NCBI GenBank assembly: GCA_024704765.1
Contig: JAKMXF010000336.1
Coordinates: forward strand, 1 to 64,000
Direction of reading: 5' to 3'
Length of the DNA stretch: 64,000 nt
DNA from: Oopsacas minuta
Taxonomy: Eukaryota > Animalia > Porifera
Every line of letters begins with the position of its first letter. Positions within the stretch are counted from its first letter, which is position 1. Under the pieces are notes generated by a model that ran no database searches, had not been told where the DNA came from, and saw only the letters and a list, made by a program, of their open reading frames with translations. Below, one piece after another: positions 14,656 through 28,260 of the stretch. Both the position numbers and the translations under genes were made by a program.

Positions 14656-14717
14656 CAGAGACGTAGCTAGGGCCGCGCAAAGGGTGTGGCATGTGCCGCG
14701 CCCTGGCTACGCCTCTG
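14656..14717. mobile_element. 62-bp hAT mini-MITE
   Basis: CAGAGACGTAGCTAGGG...CCCTGGCTACGCCTCTG; 8-bp flanks ttccggac/tttcgaac. Confidence 0.7.
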
Positions 14718-14744
14718 TTTCGAACACAAGGCCACATATAATAA

Positions 14745-15356
14745 CACTGTACAACAAATTTTCATTTTGGAAAAAAAACGAGAGCCTGATTAGGTCTCTA
14801 TAGTCAGTTAGGATCTCTTGATTCCGAATATGAATACAGATTTGCTCAATCACGCACCAATTTTATAGAATTCAACTAATAAATTGTGAAAATTGTATGT
14901 ATTACCAAAGAATTTCTGCCTAAATCTCAACAACTCATGTAAAACTTGTGAGGAGTTGTATTTTTGTGGTTATGCTGAATTCATTATTACAAGAAATAGC
15001 TCTGTATTGGCTAAACTTTGTATTTATATGGTATTTTAAGATATTTTGTGATTTTTCTCATTTTTTGTATTGTGATTCAGATTTCGTTGGTAAATGACCA
15101 ATTTTTTTCCTCGTTGTAGTATATATTTGCTCTAAATACGATGTAGTTTAATAATCTTCACTGGTTTTACATGGCTAGATGATATTTCGAAAAACTTTTG
15201 CAGATTGTTGTAATTTCCCATTTTGTATGTTGAATTCTATAAAATTGGAGCGTGATGGGGCAAATCTGTATTCATATTCGGAATTAGATCCTAATTGACT
15301 ATAGAGACCTAACCAGGTTGTCGTATTTTTCAAACATGAAAATTTGTTGTACAGTG
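14745..15356. mobile_element. MITE with ~180-bp TIRs, Transib-like CACTG ends
   Basis: CACTGTACAACAAATTTTC...GAAAATTTGTTGTACAGTG; 5-bp TSD not clean, so superfamily is tentative. Confidence 0.65.
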
Positions 15357-15964
15357 TAATCCCGAAGATTGGCTCCTCGTCATCTCTAATACTTTTGACC
15401 ATTCAAAAATGACGCTATTTCTACATTTTGGAGCAAGAGGTGCTCTAGAAATCGCTATTCATACCTCTAATCCATGTCTATGGGATAAAGGATTATTAGA
15501 TATTACGTATTTTTGAATAGCTTGGGTAGTACTATAGCCATGAATTCATGCCCTCTGATAATTCCCCGTCCTTCCTTAAATGAAAATCTTGGTGACGTTC
15601 CTGTATATTTTCTATATAATGAGGCATTGATCATCCGAATCAAATATACATACATTGCACTTCTTACTTATTCCTAGCTCAGAAAATGTAGTTTAAAGTC
15701 AATGTATTTCTTGATTCATGAATATCGTAATAAATTACAGATAAAATGTTGGCCATACAATGTAAGTCATCACAAACTTATGATTACATTACTTTGTAAA
15801 AACGATTTAGTATTTAATTAATCGCATAATAGAAAGAATCTTTATCAGGATTACGAATGAGGAATGATAACTAGAAAACTTAGAATAATACCAAGATTCA
15901 TTGTTTATTCCCCTTTGAATAATTTTATATAAAATAAAGTACAACAAGAAACGCCCAACAATTT

Positions 15965-16830
15965 TCAGTTGATTCGATTCAGAATTCCATCTTGAATATT
16001 CTTAACCTCCTCTACCCATTTATTCAACGATTTATATCGGAAACATTTTTGAGATTCCCGTTCGAGGTATAAGATTTGGTTGACCTGATCTATCTGACCC
16101 TTGATAGACAAATCTAGGATACAAGAAACCAACAGAGACTCAACTTCATTGTTAGTAATACATAATTCTTCTGAAATAAACGGAATATGTATACGCGTAT
16201 AGGGGCATATTAATTTTTTCAAAACTTCAGTGCGAATATTTCTAAGCAAATCTTCTATGTGTTCTCGAATAAAGAGATCTTCCATAATTGTCTTATGATT
16301 GTTTTTAAGAATATTTTCAAACTGTTTGATTTCACCGCTTTGATATGCTTGCACCAGATTCGTCATCGCAAGAATTTCTTGCTCTTGTTTGTAGGGCTTA
16401 GCTTCTTGAGAATCAAAGGGATTTATATCTGATTTCATTAACATGTTAGCAAGGACAACATATTTTAAACAAGTTGTTCGACGAGGACTTCCAGATTCAT
16501 CATAATTCTTAAATGCCTCGAAAAAATCAATATGTGCCTTCTCAAATTGTCCAGCTCGCAAATGCATCTTGCCACCACATTCCCTAATAACTCCCATAAT
16601 TAGAGGATGTGGTATAGCGGATTTAATGTTCAGAGATTGCTGGTAAAGAGCTTTAAGTTTTTTGTGATCTTTTTGTTCAGTATACATTTGTATTTCCAAA
16701 GCATATATTTCAAGCAGCTGTGTACCCTTCTTCAAATCTTCTTCCCCTTCTTCAGTTTGGCAAGCTTGCCTCAGTTGTTTCAATACACGTGTGAGACGAG
16801 TGAAATCACCTTGATCAAAGTATAGCTTTC
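15965..16830 (-). CDS. COPS2: COP9 signalosome subunit 2, terminal exon
   Basis: Acceptor ctttccttttatag|GA AAG CTA at 16830 gives (G)[50 protein letters not shown]...[10 protein letters not shown]...[11 protein letters not shown]...IDQVNQ, closely matching CSN2; no stops. Upstream exons not found. Confidence 0.95.
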
Positions 16831-17164
16831 CTATAAAAGGAAAGAGTTTATAGAAACACGAAGATCTAAATACACGGACGTGACACTCTCACATCACGGT
16901 AAAGCACAATGGCAAAATAGGCGGAAATAGAGATTTTTTGATATGTTTAAACCTAGAAATTATACAGGTGATATCTGAGATGCTATGATAGATTGAGGCA
17001 CTACCATAAAAGCAAATAATATAATTAATTTTATTCATGTTTAAATTGATAATGAAAATGAAAATATAATGAGAATGTAGCCAACTTCTTGAGTCTCACT
17101 TTAGATGGCTGAAGATTGACAAACAAGGTCGGATATTGTATATTTTAAGGATGATCGATGCAGT

Positions 17165-19118
17165 CAGTGGCGTAGCTAAGCACGGGCCTGTGCCCGGGAA
17201 ATAAATATTCTGTCTGCACGCTCACATCATTTCATCCCTAATAATGTTACATTACATATATCAATTCCTCTTACGTTTTAACCTAATTTACTATTCTACG
17301 ATTTATTATATTTAGTAATTAGCATATATGTCTCGAAAATTTAACATTACCAACAGCTCGCAGCTAACTTTGTTTGCCACCTACAAGAGAATAAAGCTAA
17401 CTTCTGCAGATGGTAAGGATATTACCTATGATAATATTGACCATTCTCGGGAAGCACAAGAGCCTGACTTCGTGCCTCCATGTGATACTAGTAATCTTGT
17501 CAGTTCTGATCCAATTGATAAAACAACGCTACCCAGTAGGGCACCAACACAAAAATCAATTTCACCTGAAACTCCCAATGTCAAGCTTCATCCACCTTTA
17601 GATATTGCTCAAGGGCCAAATGATAAGCCGATTCAGCCCAGCGGACATACTTGCCGATTTCCTTCAACATTAGTGGGAACCAAGAAAAGACAATTCAATC
17701 CAGAATGGTTTGTCACTTTACTTGGTTGGAAAACTCAGTAAAAGAGACGCTGGTTTCTCCTAAACAGACATAATATTAAGAGTATCGTCGAAGTTATACT
17801 CTGGTGTAGTCGCCTTGAAATTGCCTTCCGAGGACATGATGAATCCGAAAATTCACTGAACAAAGGAAAGTTTTTGAGGTACTGCAAGTTATTGGCAATC
17901 ATGACCCAATTATCCAACATAGATTAGAACATGGCCCACAAAATGCAACTTATCGTTGACCAGAAGTTCAGAATTTGTTATTGAATATCATGGGTGACAT
18001 ACTTAGAATAACAATTGGGATAGTGTACTAAAAGCGAACTTCTTTTCGTTGCTTGCAGATCAATCAAAAGATGAAAGCAAGAAGGAACAACTGGCTATTA
18101 TTGTTAGGTACGTTGATGACAAAGCAAACATTCACGAGAGATTCCTTACTTTCGTGGACGCAATTAGTCTAACTGCTGAGAGTTTGACAACTTACTTCAT
18201 ATCCACTCTCAGTAAGCATGGGTTGGATCGTTCCTGCATCGTATCTCAAGGAAATGATGGAGCTGCTGTGATGAGTGGAAACTGTCACGGTGTGCAGCAG
18301 CGAATGAAAGAAATAAATCCCTGTGCAAATACATCCATTGCTATGCACACAAACTAAACTTAGTTCTCGTTGACTACGGAAAGATTCAATTCGCTTGCAA
18401 TTTTTTCTTATTGCTTGAGGCTCTCTATGTATTCATTTCTTCCTCTAAAGCACATACCGATCTTCGTGTCAATGCAAAAGGAGATTCACCCAGAGAAGTA
18501 AGTACGTCAGCTACCAAAGCTATCAGATACAAGATGGACGCAGGCAATCTTCTGTTAATGCGATTTGCCACACTTATGATTCGTTGATTGCTACCTTGGA
18601 AGAAGTTTCTGGTGGAATAAATCGAGATGATGCTGTTAAGGCAATAGGCCTTCTTCTTCAGATCAAAAGTCTTAAGTTTTTGCTATTACTCATCTTGTTG
18701 ATAGAATACTGACCTGCACTAAGAGTTCATCAGACTATCTGCAGTCTCCACAAGTTAATTTGGCTTACGCAACTGATTTAGTTTCATCAACAGTGTCAAC
18801 ACTCGGATATTTTCGTACCGATGAAGAACGGGAGAAGATATTCAGATATTCTGAGAACGTAGCCAGATCCAATAATATAGATATTACAAAGTATCAGGAA
18901 CCAAACAGAGACGACTTCCTCAACACTTGAAAGGTTTCACAGTCTTTGCACCTACTAGAACAAGGGAATCCCTTTCAAACATTCAGCAATATAAAGTTAA
19001 TCTCTATTTTCCTATATTGGACACCTTCCTGGAAGAGCTAAATCGTCGTTTTAGTAAAGGAAGCACAGACATTATGATGGCAATACATTCATTTCATCCG
19101 CAATCAGAATACTCTATG
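17165..19118 (+). mobile_element. hAT (ZMYM1/DUF4371-type) transposon, transposase pseudogene, cut by contig break
   Basis: Left TIR CAGTGGCGTAGC at 17165; RQFNPEWF, LADQSKDESKKEQLAIIVRYV, SQGNDGAAVMSG, LSDTRW, YFPILD..LEELNRRF; many lesions; N at 19119. Confidence 0.85.
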
Positions 19119-20211
19119 NGGGATTCATTTCATTCATATATTTAACCGACTTATGGCATCGCCAAAGAAAACATTTGTGATTTTTCGAAAGTATAGCGTT
19201 GGTAGATTACAATAATGTTATCAGAATTGTAAATGTGTGATGACTTAGCATTAATGTTTTGAGTAACTTTGCATTCATATCAAATATAATATGTTGTTCG
19301 ACCGGCTTCTCATTATTATTTTGAAACAAAAGTTTTCTTCTACATACTATTGAGGCCTGGTGGACTATGTGTTTAAAATTTCTTTTACAATATTCATTAC
19401 TCTTTGAAATATTATATTTTGAAAATTCAATGAAGAAGTTAGACTAGGGTCACTTCAGTCACTAATTTGACTCACTTATACTCATCAGATCTAAATGAAA
19501 TTAGTATCATTGGAAAGAGTAAAGTTGAACGTCCTAAGCAATATGTCTTGATTTTAAATCCTTCACTTTTTCGCTACTTTTTTGGTGAAAACTTTCAGTC
19601 TCATAACTTCCAGAATTCACCCACCTAAAATTCAGAATTCGATTCTGAAAATATATATGCATACTATGGTAATATGGACGTTTATGAAAATTCAATTTCA
19701 TTAAAATATTGAAAGCTCGCGAGCTAGAGGAATTCAAGTTTCAAGGCGGGAGTGAGAGTGGTAGGGGATGAATCATTTTCTACATAAAGTATGGTCAGTT
19801 CAAACTCATGTTTCTTACCCTAAATCCGACTGAATTTCAATTAGTTTAATGCTAATCGATAGTTGAGACATAGGCGTTTATAACAATATCGATATTTTCG
19901 TGAAACACTACAAATACTCATCAGCAACAGCCTACAAAATCGATAAATTCTCAGGTTTTTTGTGTATTACGAATTCTAACTTTGAGATAAATTCTTGAAG
20001 TTATTTCTCTTCAGAACACCTTCCAAATTTATAGATACCTTCTTTCGTATCTTATAATTCAATTTCTTTACAAATAACAGGGGTCGTTAGTACATTTTTA
20101 TGATTTTTAGATTTACTTATATTCTGTTTTATCTCAATTTTCTTCAGTTGCCTCACTATTCTTATTGTGTTTTAAGAATAATATTGCATAGACTATACTC
20201 GTAAGATTATA

Positions 20212-20607
20212 CAGGGTGTCTCAAAATTATTGCGGTGTTGTATAATACTCAATAACTTTAGAATTAATATACTTTGATAAAGTTATATTTGCCAATATAT
20301 TTCCCTGACAATTCTATACATTTCTGAACGCGCATTGGCATCCCTAAGTATAATCTTTCTAAAATATCAGGGTCGATTGATGACCAAGCATTTTTTAGCA
20401 TCTTTTCCAAATCTTTAACGTTGACAGCAGGCTTCATCTTGTCAATCTTATCTTGAACGATTGACCAAATATTCTCTATTGGGTTGAGATCCGGAGAGTT
20501 GCCTGGCCACTTCTGTTTCTCCCAGAACCCAGGTAAGTTCTGTCTGCACCAGTCTTGAGTCTTTCTAGCTGTATGACCCGGAGTTCCATCCTGCATAAAT
20601 ATCGCTT
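20212..20607 (-). mobile_element. Tc1-like transposon 3' fragment, DD37E spacing
   Basis: QDGTPGH...WPGNSPDLNPIE with 37 residues between D and E; TIR CAGGGTGTCTCAAAA after TA; truncated at N 20608. Confidence 0.85.
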
Positions 20608-20733
20608 NGTTAATTAAAAATTTGACTTGTCCAGTGAAATGTACGGGGTCGATTTCATATATAAGTATAATACAAATATTATCGATTTGAAGTTACAATT
20701 TGGCTAATCCCTCATTTTCGCCTTTTTGCCACA

Positions 20734-21516
20734 CTGTGTACTGCGTATCATTCACAACCTAACGCATTGGTTGAAGCTCATAATAAGATTTTATAACGGT
20801 AACACATAGTATTAACTATACCTTCAGTAATGTAAGTAGTGGTTTTCAATTAGCAAAATTGCGAGCTCATTTTTCATCAGGATACCGAGTGGCCAAATAA
20901 ACTACAACCTGCAGGTCTATCTCCTAATGTACATAAAAAGCAAGCAACTCAATACAGGCCTTTCCAGTTAATTTATGGTCGTGACTTTGGTCATCTGTCT
21001 CTTTTACGAATACTAAATTTACGTTCGCAAGATAAAATTGAGGAAGAAAACAGTGATGAAGAACAGCTAGAGCTATCTAAATTTGAGAAATCATAAATCA
21101 CTTTCGAAGACACTACTGACTGGGTATCAGATTTACAACACCTCAGAAGCCTCCAACGCGAAGATGCTAAAACAAACATAACTATCCAACAGAGTGAACA
21201 GAAAGTATCAAATGACAAAAGAGTTCAAACAACCACGTAAGCAGTGTATTATTTTCATTTGATCCTGTGTTATTTGTATAGATGTAATGTAATCCTCTAG
21301 CTGTTTATCTAAATATGTCGATCTTTTTCTCGTACTGGATAGAACAAAGGAAAAGATAATGCCTGGTACTAATGATAAGCTGCTTTATAAAGGACCATTC
21401 CAAGTTACCTATGTAGCAGCCAGCCATTTAATCACAATTGTTAATGATAAAACAGTAAAATTTCCTGCGCATTTGTCAAGGAAATATTATTCCAAAGAAC
21501 GTGCGGTAAATCAATA
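20734..21516 (+). pseudogene. Ginger-like (gypsy-related) integrase relic with apparent introns
   Basis: Manual translation: LCTAYHSQPNALVEAHNKIL / DTEWPNKLQ / ASTQYRPFQLIYGRD / AKTNITIQQSEQK..DKR / KLLYKGPFQV (GPY/F); gtaag...tag segments interrupt the frame (~20843-20880, ~21237-21280). Confidence 0.7.
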
Positions 21517-22619
21517 AATATATATGTATAGTTGATTCTGTATAGTAGAGACATGTTCGCTGTTCCGATAAAGCAGAGTCAACTATGCTTGATTGTACTT
21601 ATATAGACTGATGATAGTCTTCCAAAGGCGGCATCCATCACTACTCCAAAACGAAAGGGTCAGAAGAGACTAAATAATGTAGAAACCAGGAAAATGAGGA
21701 TATGAAATGCAAACTTTTCAAGATAATTTGTTCTTTTTCGAGTTTTTTAATTCACTCGATGACGTAATATCCGATTAAGAGTGAATTTTGATGACTGAAA
21801 GTGGTTTTTGAAAGAATAATTGAACTCTAACATTACATATTCAGATCGATAACAAAACTTGAGCCATACTAAGAAAATTGTAGTAATGTGGCCTATGATA
21901 TATTTTACATAGTGTAACTATGATGATGAGAATAAGGACACTTATGGTGTCCTAAAGAAAACATAGTAGAATGAATCATTTCTTTTAAATGTAAGAATAT
22001 CAAGTTATTCTGATTCATCAGCTTTAGTAAAATAACTTCAATGTATTATGAAAATTACTAGGATCAAGTAATAAAACACATTATGTAGAACACTTTCATG
22101 TCAAAGTTGCATGAAGAATTAACTATCTCTCCTGGGAGGAACATAACATCCAACACTATTATAGAATATTTTTTGAAAGATTGCAGTCCAACTAAAATGG
22201 CAAATTATAATCTCTAGCTCAATCTTTGTGTTTCTACACATTTTGTTTTTAATAGTTCTTTGTTAAGCGTGAAGAAATTCTTGATCACCTACTTGAATGG
22301 ACAAGAACAGCATACAGTGATATGTGCTCTAAACAGCCATTAAACCCTATAGACTATGTTCATCACGTTTTATACGCAACTGTAAGTTCTATTACATAAT
22401 TCATTAAATAATGTACCGTCCGCCATCCCAATTTCAAGAAAATTTTGTTGAGAATCACGTAATTAATTTTAGGTGGACAAATATTAATATATATCAGTAG
22501 GTGATAGAGTATCTAGAGGACAAAATACTGATAGCGTACAGAACAGGATATAGTCCACCTTATAGAATTCACCATCCAATTTTTCCTAAAAGAAGGACCT
22601 TACTATTGTCCACCAAATC

Positions 22620-23163
22620 TTGGGTGGCTCAGATTTAAGTGTACACAATTTCGTATTGAATTCGAGACTACATTGTACCAACCTACTATATGAGGGAGAG
22701 GAATCAAAGAATGTTGTACCATCAGCACAGCTATCAATTGAAGGAGATGATAATTGCTTGTCCCGAACCTTTTCTGCTATACTGATAGGAAAACAATGTA
22801 GTTACGCAAAGATTCGTGCTGAAATTTGTCGATACATTATAACACAGGAGCAAGCTTTCTCGCTATTTAGAGACAAAGTTCGACTCAAATTCACCTGCTG
22901 AGTATATGAAGATGTCAGACATGGACGAAGGCTCGAAATGGGGCACTGATATAAAAATAGGAGCTTTTTGCTGCATGCTTAATGTAGATATCTTTGTATC
23001 AATTCCCCAAGATGCCATCCTGAAGAACTAAGTCCAATCAACATGGTTCAGACACCACTCCAGACAAGATGTCTACACAATCCCATCGCTCTATTTGATC
23101 AACAGAGGAAATGTCTACGAACCCGTCCTTGATTTAATAGAGTCGTTATCCATCATATTCTAA
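22620..23163 (+). pseudogene. OTU-like cysteine protease domain relic
   Basis: IEGDDNCLSRTFS..LIG..IRAEICRYI, then WGTDIKIGAFCCMLNVDIFV and SLYLINRGNVYEPVL; catalytic His position is Val; frameshifted. Confidence 0.7.
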
Positions 23164-23584
23164 TAGTTATAGCTTTAGTGATGCCAAGATCATCGAGTGA
23201 CTTTATTCCTTCATAATTAGTATTGTAATATATTTCTAATATCTAAATTCTGTTCGAAAATAATGAACAGTAATGGTGTATTGAAGGGGTATACAGTTTA
23301 ATCTCCGAATTACGGGCACGTTAGAAACATGACTTTGTCCGTTATAGAGGGGTTGTCTGCTTTTCAGAGTGTTCATTTGGGACACTCTACTGGACTACAG
23401 TATCTCTCCCTTAACCATCAAACTCATCCATTAAGATATAAAAACCTGGACTGGAAATTGAATGAAAAGTGAGGTAGTATGGATAGTTAGGAATTTATAA
23501 TAAGAATCTAAACCAAATCTTGATAATGGAACTGAAATTGTTGGGAATTGATGTAACAACAGTAGTTGTCCTCCCATACACCAG

Positions 23585-26145
23585 TCCTAACACGCGTAAA
23601 TGAATGAAAAAACAAGTTACAAGTTAGAATCACCTTGTACGAGGGTCAGTCCAAAAGTTTTGTCGTACCAAAAAAATATAATAATAAATTTAATAAAACT
23701 TTCACAGTTTCTCAAGGTAAGGACCACAAAATCTATGCAAAATGCATACGATGAAACCAACTGTCGAAACAATTATGCCATTTTTCCTCTAGCAGGGCCG
23801 AAAGGGCCTCTTCAGGATTCTCAAACCTTATTCCATGGATCTTTTCCTTGACTGTTGGGGACAAGGAAAAGCCCCATGGAGCTAAATCTGGACTGTAAAG
23901 TGGATGCGATACCAATTGGACCGAATTTTCAGCCAGAAAGTCCAATGTTTTGGCTGCTGTGTGTGCAGATGCATTATCGTAGTGGAGGAGAAGTCCTCTG
24001 ATACTGGTCTTAGGGCGACGAGAACTAAAAGCTTCGAAAGCCTTGTGCAGGCAATCGTTAATGCACCAATCAGCATTGGCGGTACAACGATCCTCGAGAG
24101 GAGTTATTGCTACTTGGCCAGTCTTACAGAGAAAAGAAGCCACCATCTTCTTCTCAACGCTGCGAGCCCGCGAACTTAAACAGGGAGATCTTCGCAGGAA
24201 ACACCCAGATTGAAGATTGTCGCATTGTTTCCGAATCGTACAGATAGATCCATGTCTCATCACATGTTAGTATGTCATAAACTCGTTTAAACTCTCCTCC
24301 TTTAATTACTTGAGCATAAACTTGCACCATTCTACCCTTTCCTCTAATTGCATTTCAGAGAGAGTACGAGGGATCCATTGGGCCGCAAGCCTTCTGACAC
24401 GAAGATAATCATGTAGAATTGTATTGATGGCGGCTTTACCGATCTTTAGGTTCTCAGCAAACTGCTCATAGTTAATGCGGCTATCTTCTCTGAGTAATGT
24501 CTCGGCAGCAGCAATAGTCTGTGGAGAGACTGCGGGTGAAGGTCGCTCAGACCTCGTCTCATCTTGTAGTGACGTTCTCTCCCTCCTGAAATCTAGATAC
24601 CAACGCTCCACTGTACGCTTAGATGGAGCTTGATCATGGAAAGCATCCACGAAGTTACCATCACTCTGCTCCATTAATATCTTACGCATAAAGTCATAAA
24701 ACATCATGGCTCTAAAATCCCTTCTTTCCAGTTCCATTCAGTAATAATAAAATTTGTATATAGGCTTATGGATAAAATAGCGCTACTCAGAAAATACTTG
24801 ATGAATATAGCTCAAATTAACAGTAGAGTCAATATATATATATATGTAAGTAGATAGTGTTGTATATAATTGATTGAAGGCAAAATAGAACATTTGTACG
24901 ACCAGACTTTTGGACCGACCCTCCTATATGTCCCAAAACGTGAAAATGAATCAAAAACCTTGATACAGTTTAGAATCACCTTGAATGTGTGCTAACAGGT
25001 AAATTGAATGAAAAAATTGTAGTAGGTTAGAAACAGCTCGATTATGTGGTAACACTTGAAATTGAATGACAAAATTGTTGATGGTTAGAATCACCCTGAA
25101 TATGTCCTAAAAAGGCAAATGGATGAAAATACACTGGTACTAGTTAGTATCACCTTGAATATGGAATAAAAGGTGAAATTAAATGAAAAATGTTGTTGCA
25201 GGTTAGAATCACCATGAATGTGTGAAAACACGTGAAATGTAATGGAAACATTGTTGAAGGTTAGAATAACCCTGAATATGTCCAATCAAGAGAAAGGAAT
25301 CAAAAACACAGTTACATGTCACCAACATCATGGATATGTGTTTAGAGGTGAATTGAATGAAAAAGGTTGTTGCAAATTAGAATCACCTTGAATATGTGCT
25401 TACAGGTGAATTTGAATGAAATAAGTTTTTGAAGGTTCGAATCACATTGAATATATCCTATCAAGACAAATGAATCAAAAATACAATTCTACATGTTACT
25501 ATCACCTCGAATATGTGTTAACAGGTGAAATTGAAGGGGAACAGTTGTTGTAGGTTAGAATAACCTTGAATATATACTAACTGGTGAAAATGTACGTAAA
25601 AACTTGTTACATGTTAGTATCAGATTAACTATGTCCTAACATGTCTAGTGAATGAAAAAAGTTGTTACATGTGAGAATCAACTCGAATAGGTTTTAACTG
25701 GTAAAATTGAATGAAAACACATATTTCATGCTTGAATGACCTTGGATATGTACTAATACCTCTATTAACTATAACAAGTTATGACATGTTAGAATCACGT
25801 AGAATATGTTCCGATACGCGAAAATGAATGACAAACATCTTTCCAGGTAAGAATCACATTGAATATGTGGTGACAGGAGAAAACTGAAGGAAAACACATG
25901 TTACATGTTAGAGTCAAATTGAATATCTCCTGATACTTGAATATGAATGAAAACACTTTTGGAGTTTAGAACCACGTTAAATATGTGGTGACAGGTGAAT
26001 TTGAATGAAAGAACTTGTTCTAGAATGGAATACTCTGAATATGTGACAACAGTTTCAAATTGACTGTAAGAACATATTCCATGTTAGAAATACTTTGAAT
26101 ATGTGATGACAGTTGCAATTGAATGAAAGAGCTTGTCCATGTGAA
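23585..26145. repeat. Divergent ~58-59-bp satellite array (~22 units), split by a mariner
   Basis: Consensus ~ttagaatcaccttgaatatgtgctaacaggtgaaattgaatgaaaaa.ttgtt.ca.g; unit starts 24970, 25027, 25085, 25144, 25203, 25261 ... 26084. Confidence 0.9.
23640..24924 (-). mobile_element. mariner transposon, full length, frameshifted transposase (23733-24737)
   Basis: TIR CGAGGGTCAGTCCAAAAG, TA TSD; WIPRTL, HYDNASAH, YSPDLAPWGF (third Asp lost). Confidence 0.93.
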
Positions 26146-26359
26146 TCTGTTGGTAACCTGTATTCAATGACGCAAAATTAACTAAGAGAATAATCAATCG
26201 GAATGTTTGCCAAAACAATGCACAATTGTAGTGCACAACAGTGCCTATTCCTACGTATAATCTGATTGGCCCAAGTGTTACATGGTGAGATCCTAGATGA
26301 ACCGAAACGGTGTAACAATAATATTGCTAACATGACTAATTAATTACGTAACCATTGTA

Positions 26360-28260
26360 TCCATGATGCTGCAAGAAAACAAAACTGGAAACAGAACCTG
26401 AAGAAGAAAGAGAAGCCCGTCTTGAGTGTAAATGGATATATACTTTATTCTCCAGGACCTCAGAAAATAAGTAACAAAGAGAAGACGTGTATAACTATGA
26501 AAACGAACATTTCACCAAGAACTAAAAATTGTAATACTATTATGAATATCGCCTTCTCCTATAATGCAAACGTTGACTACAAAAACCACCCATTGCTGAT
26601 CACTCACAGCATAAGAGAAGTATGTCGATTTTGCAGGGCAAAGAGGTTTAAGGGAAAAACTCTTGGTATGTGCTGTAAAAGTAGGAAAGTACAGTTAAAT
26701 AATCCTGAGGATCCACCAGAGCCACTGAAACATTTAATGCTGGGAGAGACATCTGAAGTACGACACTTCCTGGGAAATATACGAAATTATAATTCATGCT
26801 TCCAATTAACTTTATTTGGAGTAACGAAAGAAACAAGAGAATCTTGATACATGCCAACTTTCAAATACCAAGTCCAGTGTACAATACAGCTGGGTCCTTG
26901 CTTCCCCTATGTGATGAACATCAAAGATTCTTATAGAATATTTTATGGAAAATGATTATAATGAAACTAATCAAAGATGCGACACTATCCCAGGAATAAG
27001 ATGCGATAATGTCTACTCACTCGAAGACATGTTACATCGACACCACACCTATGTGTCCTCTTTCAGACATACAATAGAGAGAATGTCTGAGTCGGAAGAA
27101 GACTACAAGGTCATAATAAAAGCTGACAAGACACCTAATGGCGAACATGAAAGAAGATTCAATGCTCCAGTCACTAATGAGGTTCCTATTCTGATTGCTG
27201 GACAACATTTGAAAGAAGAGACAATATTTTGGAAGAACGTTGCAGTAGTCTTCTCAAAATCTCTGAAGCCCATCAAGCCTATGACACAATTCAGTGTCCA
27301 CAAATTTTCTGGAAGGGCCAGGCCGGATATAACTTTGGGATCCCACAAACAGACCTAAAATCGGAGGAAATAGGTTAGATAAAATGGTATCGACAATGGA
27401 CTTTTAGGCTTACCGTTTCATGGTACTTGATCACAGCTTCAATCTGATTCTCCGAGCTATAAATATATTCCACCAAATTGTTGTTAACATATACGCTAAG
27501 GCAGAGACAGAAGGACTGTTGTTCATCAGCTTAGATCAGAATAAAGCTTGCATGCGAATATATCCATCTACGAGGTGTATTATTGTCCAAAATTACGATA
27601 GACCAGATCTATATATCACGTTTCCTCGTAATCTACTCTGGCCTGAGATTACTGAATCTTAAATGATGGAGAAAATCCACATGATAGACATAACATCGTT
27701 GCCAGAGTATTCAGACAAAAGCTACTTAAATTTATGTGCCTTCTTACCAAATAGGCTGCATTTAGAAAGACACTCTGCAAAATGTACTCAATTGAGTGTC
27801 AGAAACATTGTTTTCCTCATTCCCACATATTGATATGGGTGAGAGGAAAATTCGTCCACACAACATTGATCAATGCATAAATGCAGAATTTCCTAAACCC
27901 GAGGAGGATCCAGAACTCTACAACAGCATCCGTGAACAGATGATACATGAACCGTGTGGAATTCTCGACAGGAAATCCCCGGTGCATGTACATCTCCGGT
28001 GTGCTCAAGACTTTCCAAAGCGCTTGGTGAAGGAAACCCAATCTTGTGAAGACCCTAAATACAAAAGAAAAGTACCTGAAGATGGTGGTTTACCAAGAAA
28101 ATTAAAAGAGAGAATAAAGAACACATCGCTGTTGACAACAAATGGTTAGTCAGTCATAGTCCTATATTGTGAAGATATTTGATGCGCATATCAACGTGGA
28201 ATATTGCAACTAAATAAACTCCATCGAGTATGGTGTAAATACACCAAAAAAGGAACGTAA
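26360..28260 (+). pseudogene. Helitron Rep/helicase N-terminal relic
   Basis: ETEPEEEREARLE, CRFCRAKRFKG..CCK, RNYNSCFQLT, KADKTPNGEHERRFNAP, RPDLYITF, NIVARVFRQK, INAEFP.PEEDP.LY..I..QMIHEPCG; many frameshifts. Confidence 0.85.

Noticed and set aside
24912-26145. CRISPR-like array
   Set aside because: Whole units diverge evenly; no constant repeat/unique spacer pattern, no cas genes, eukaryotic context.
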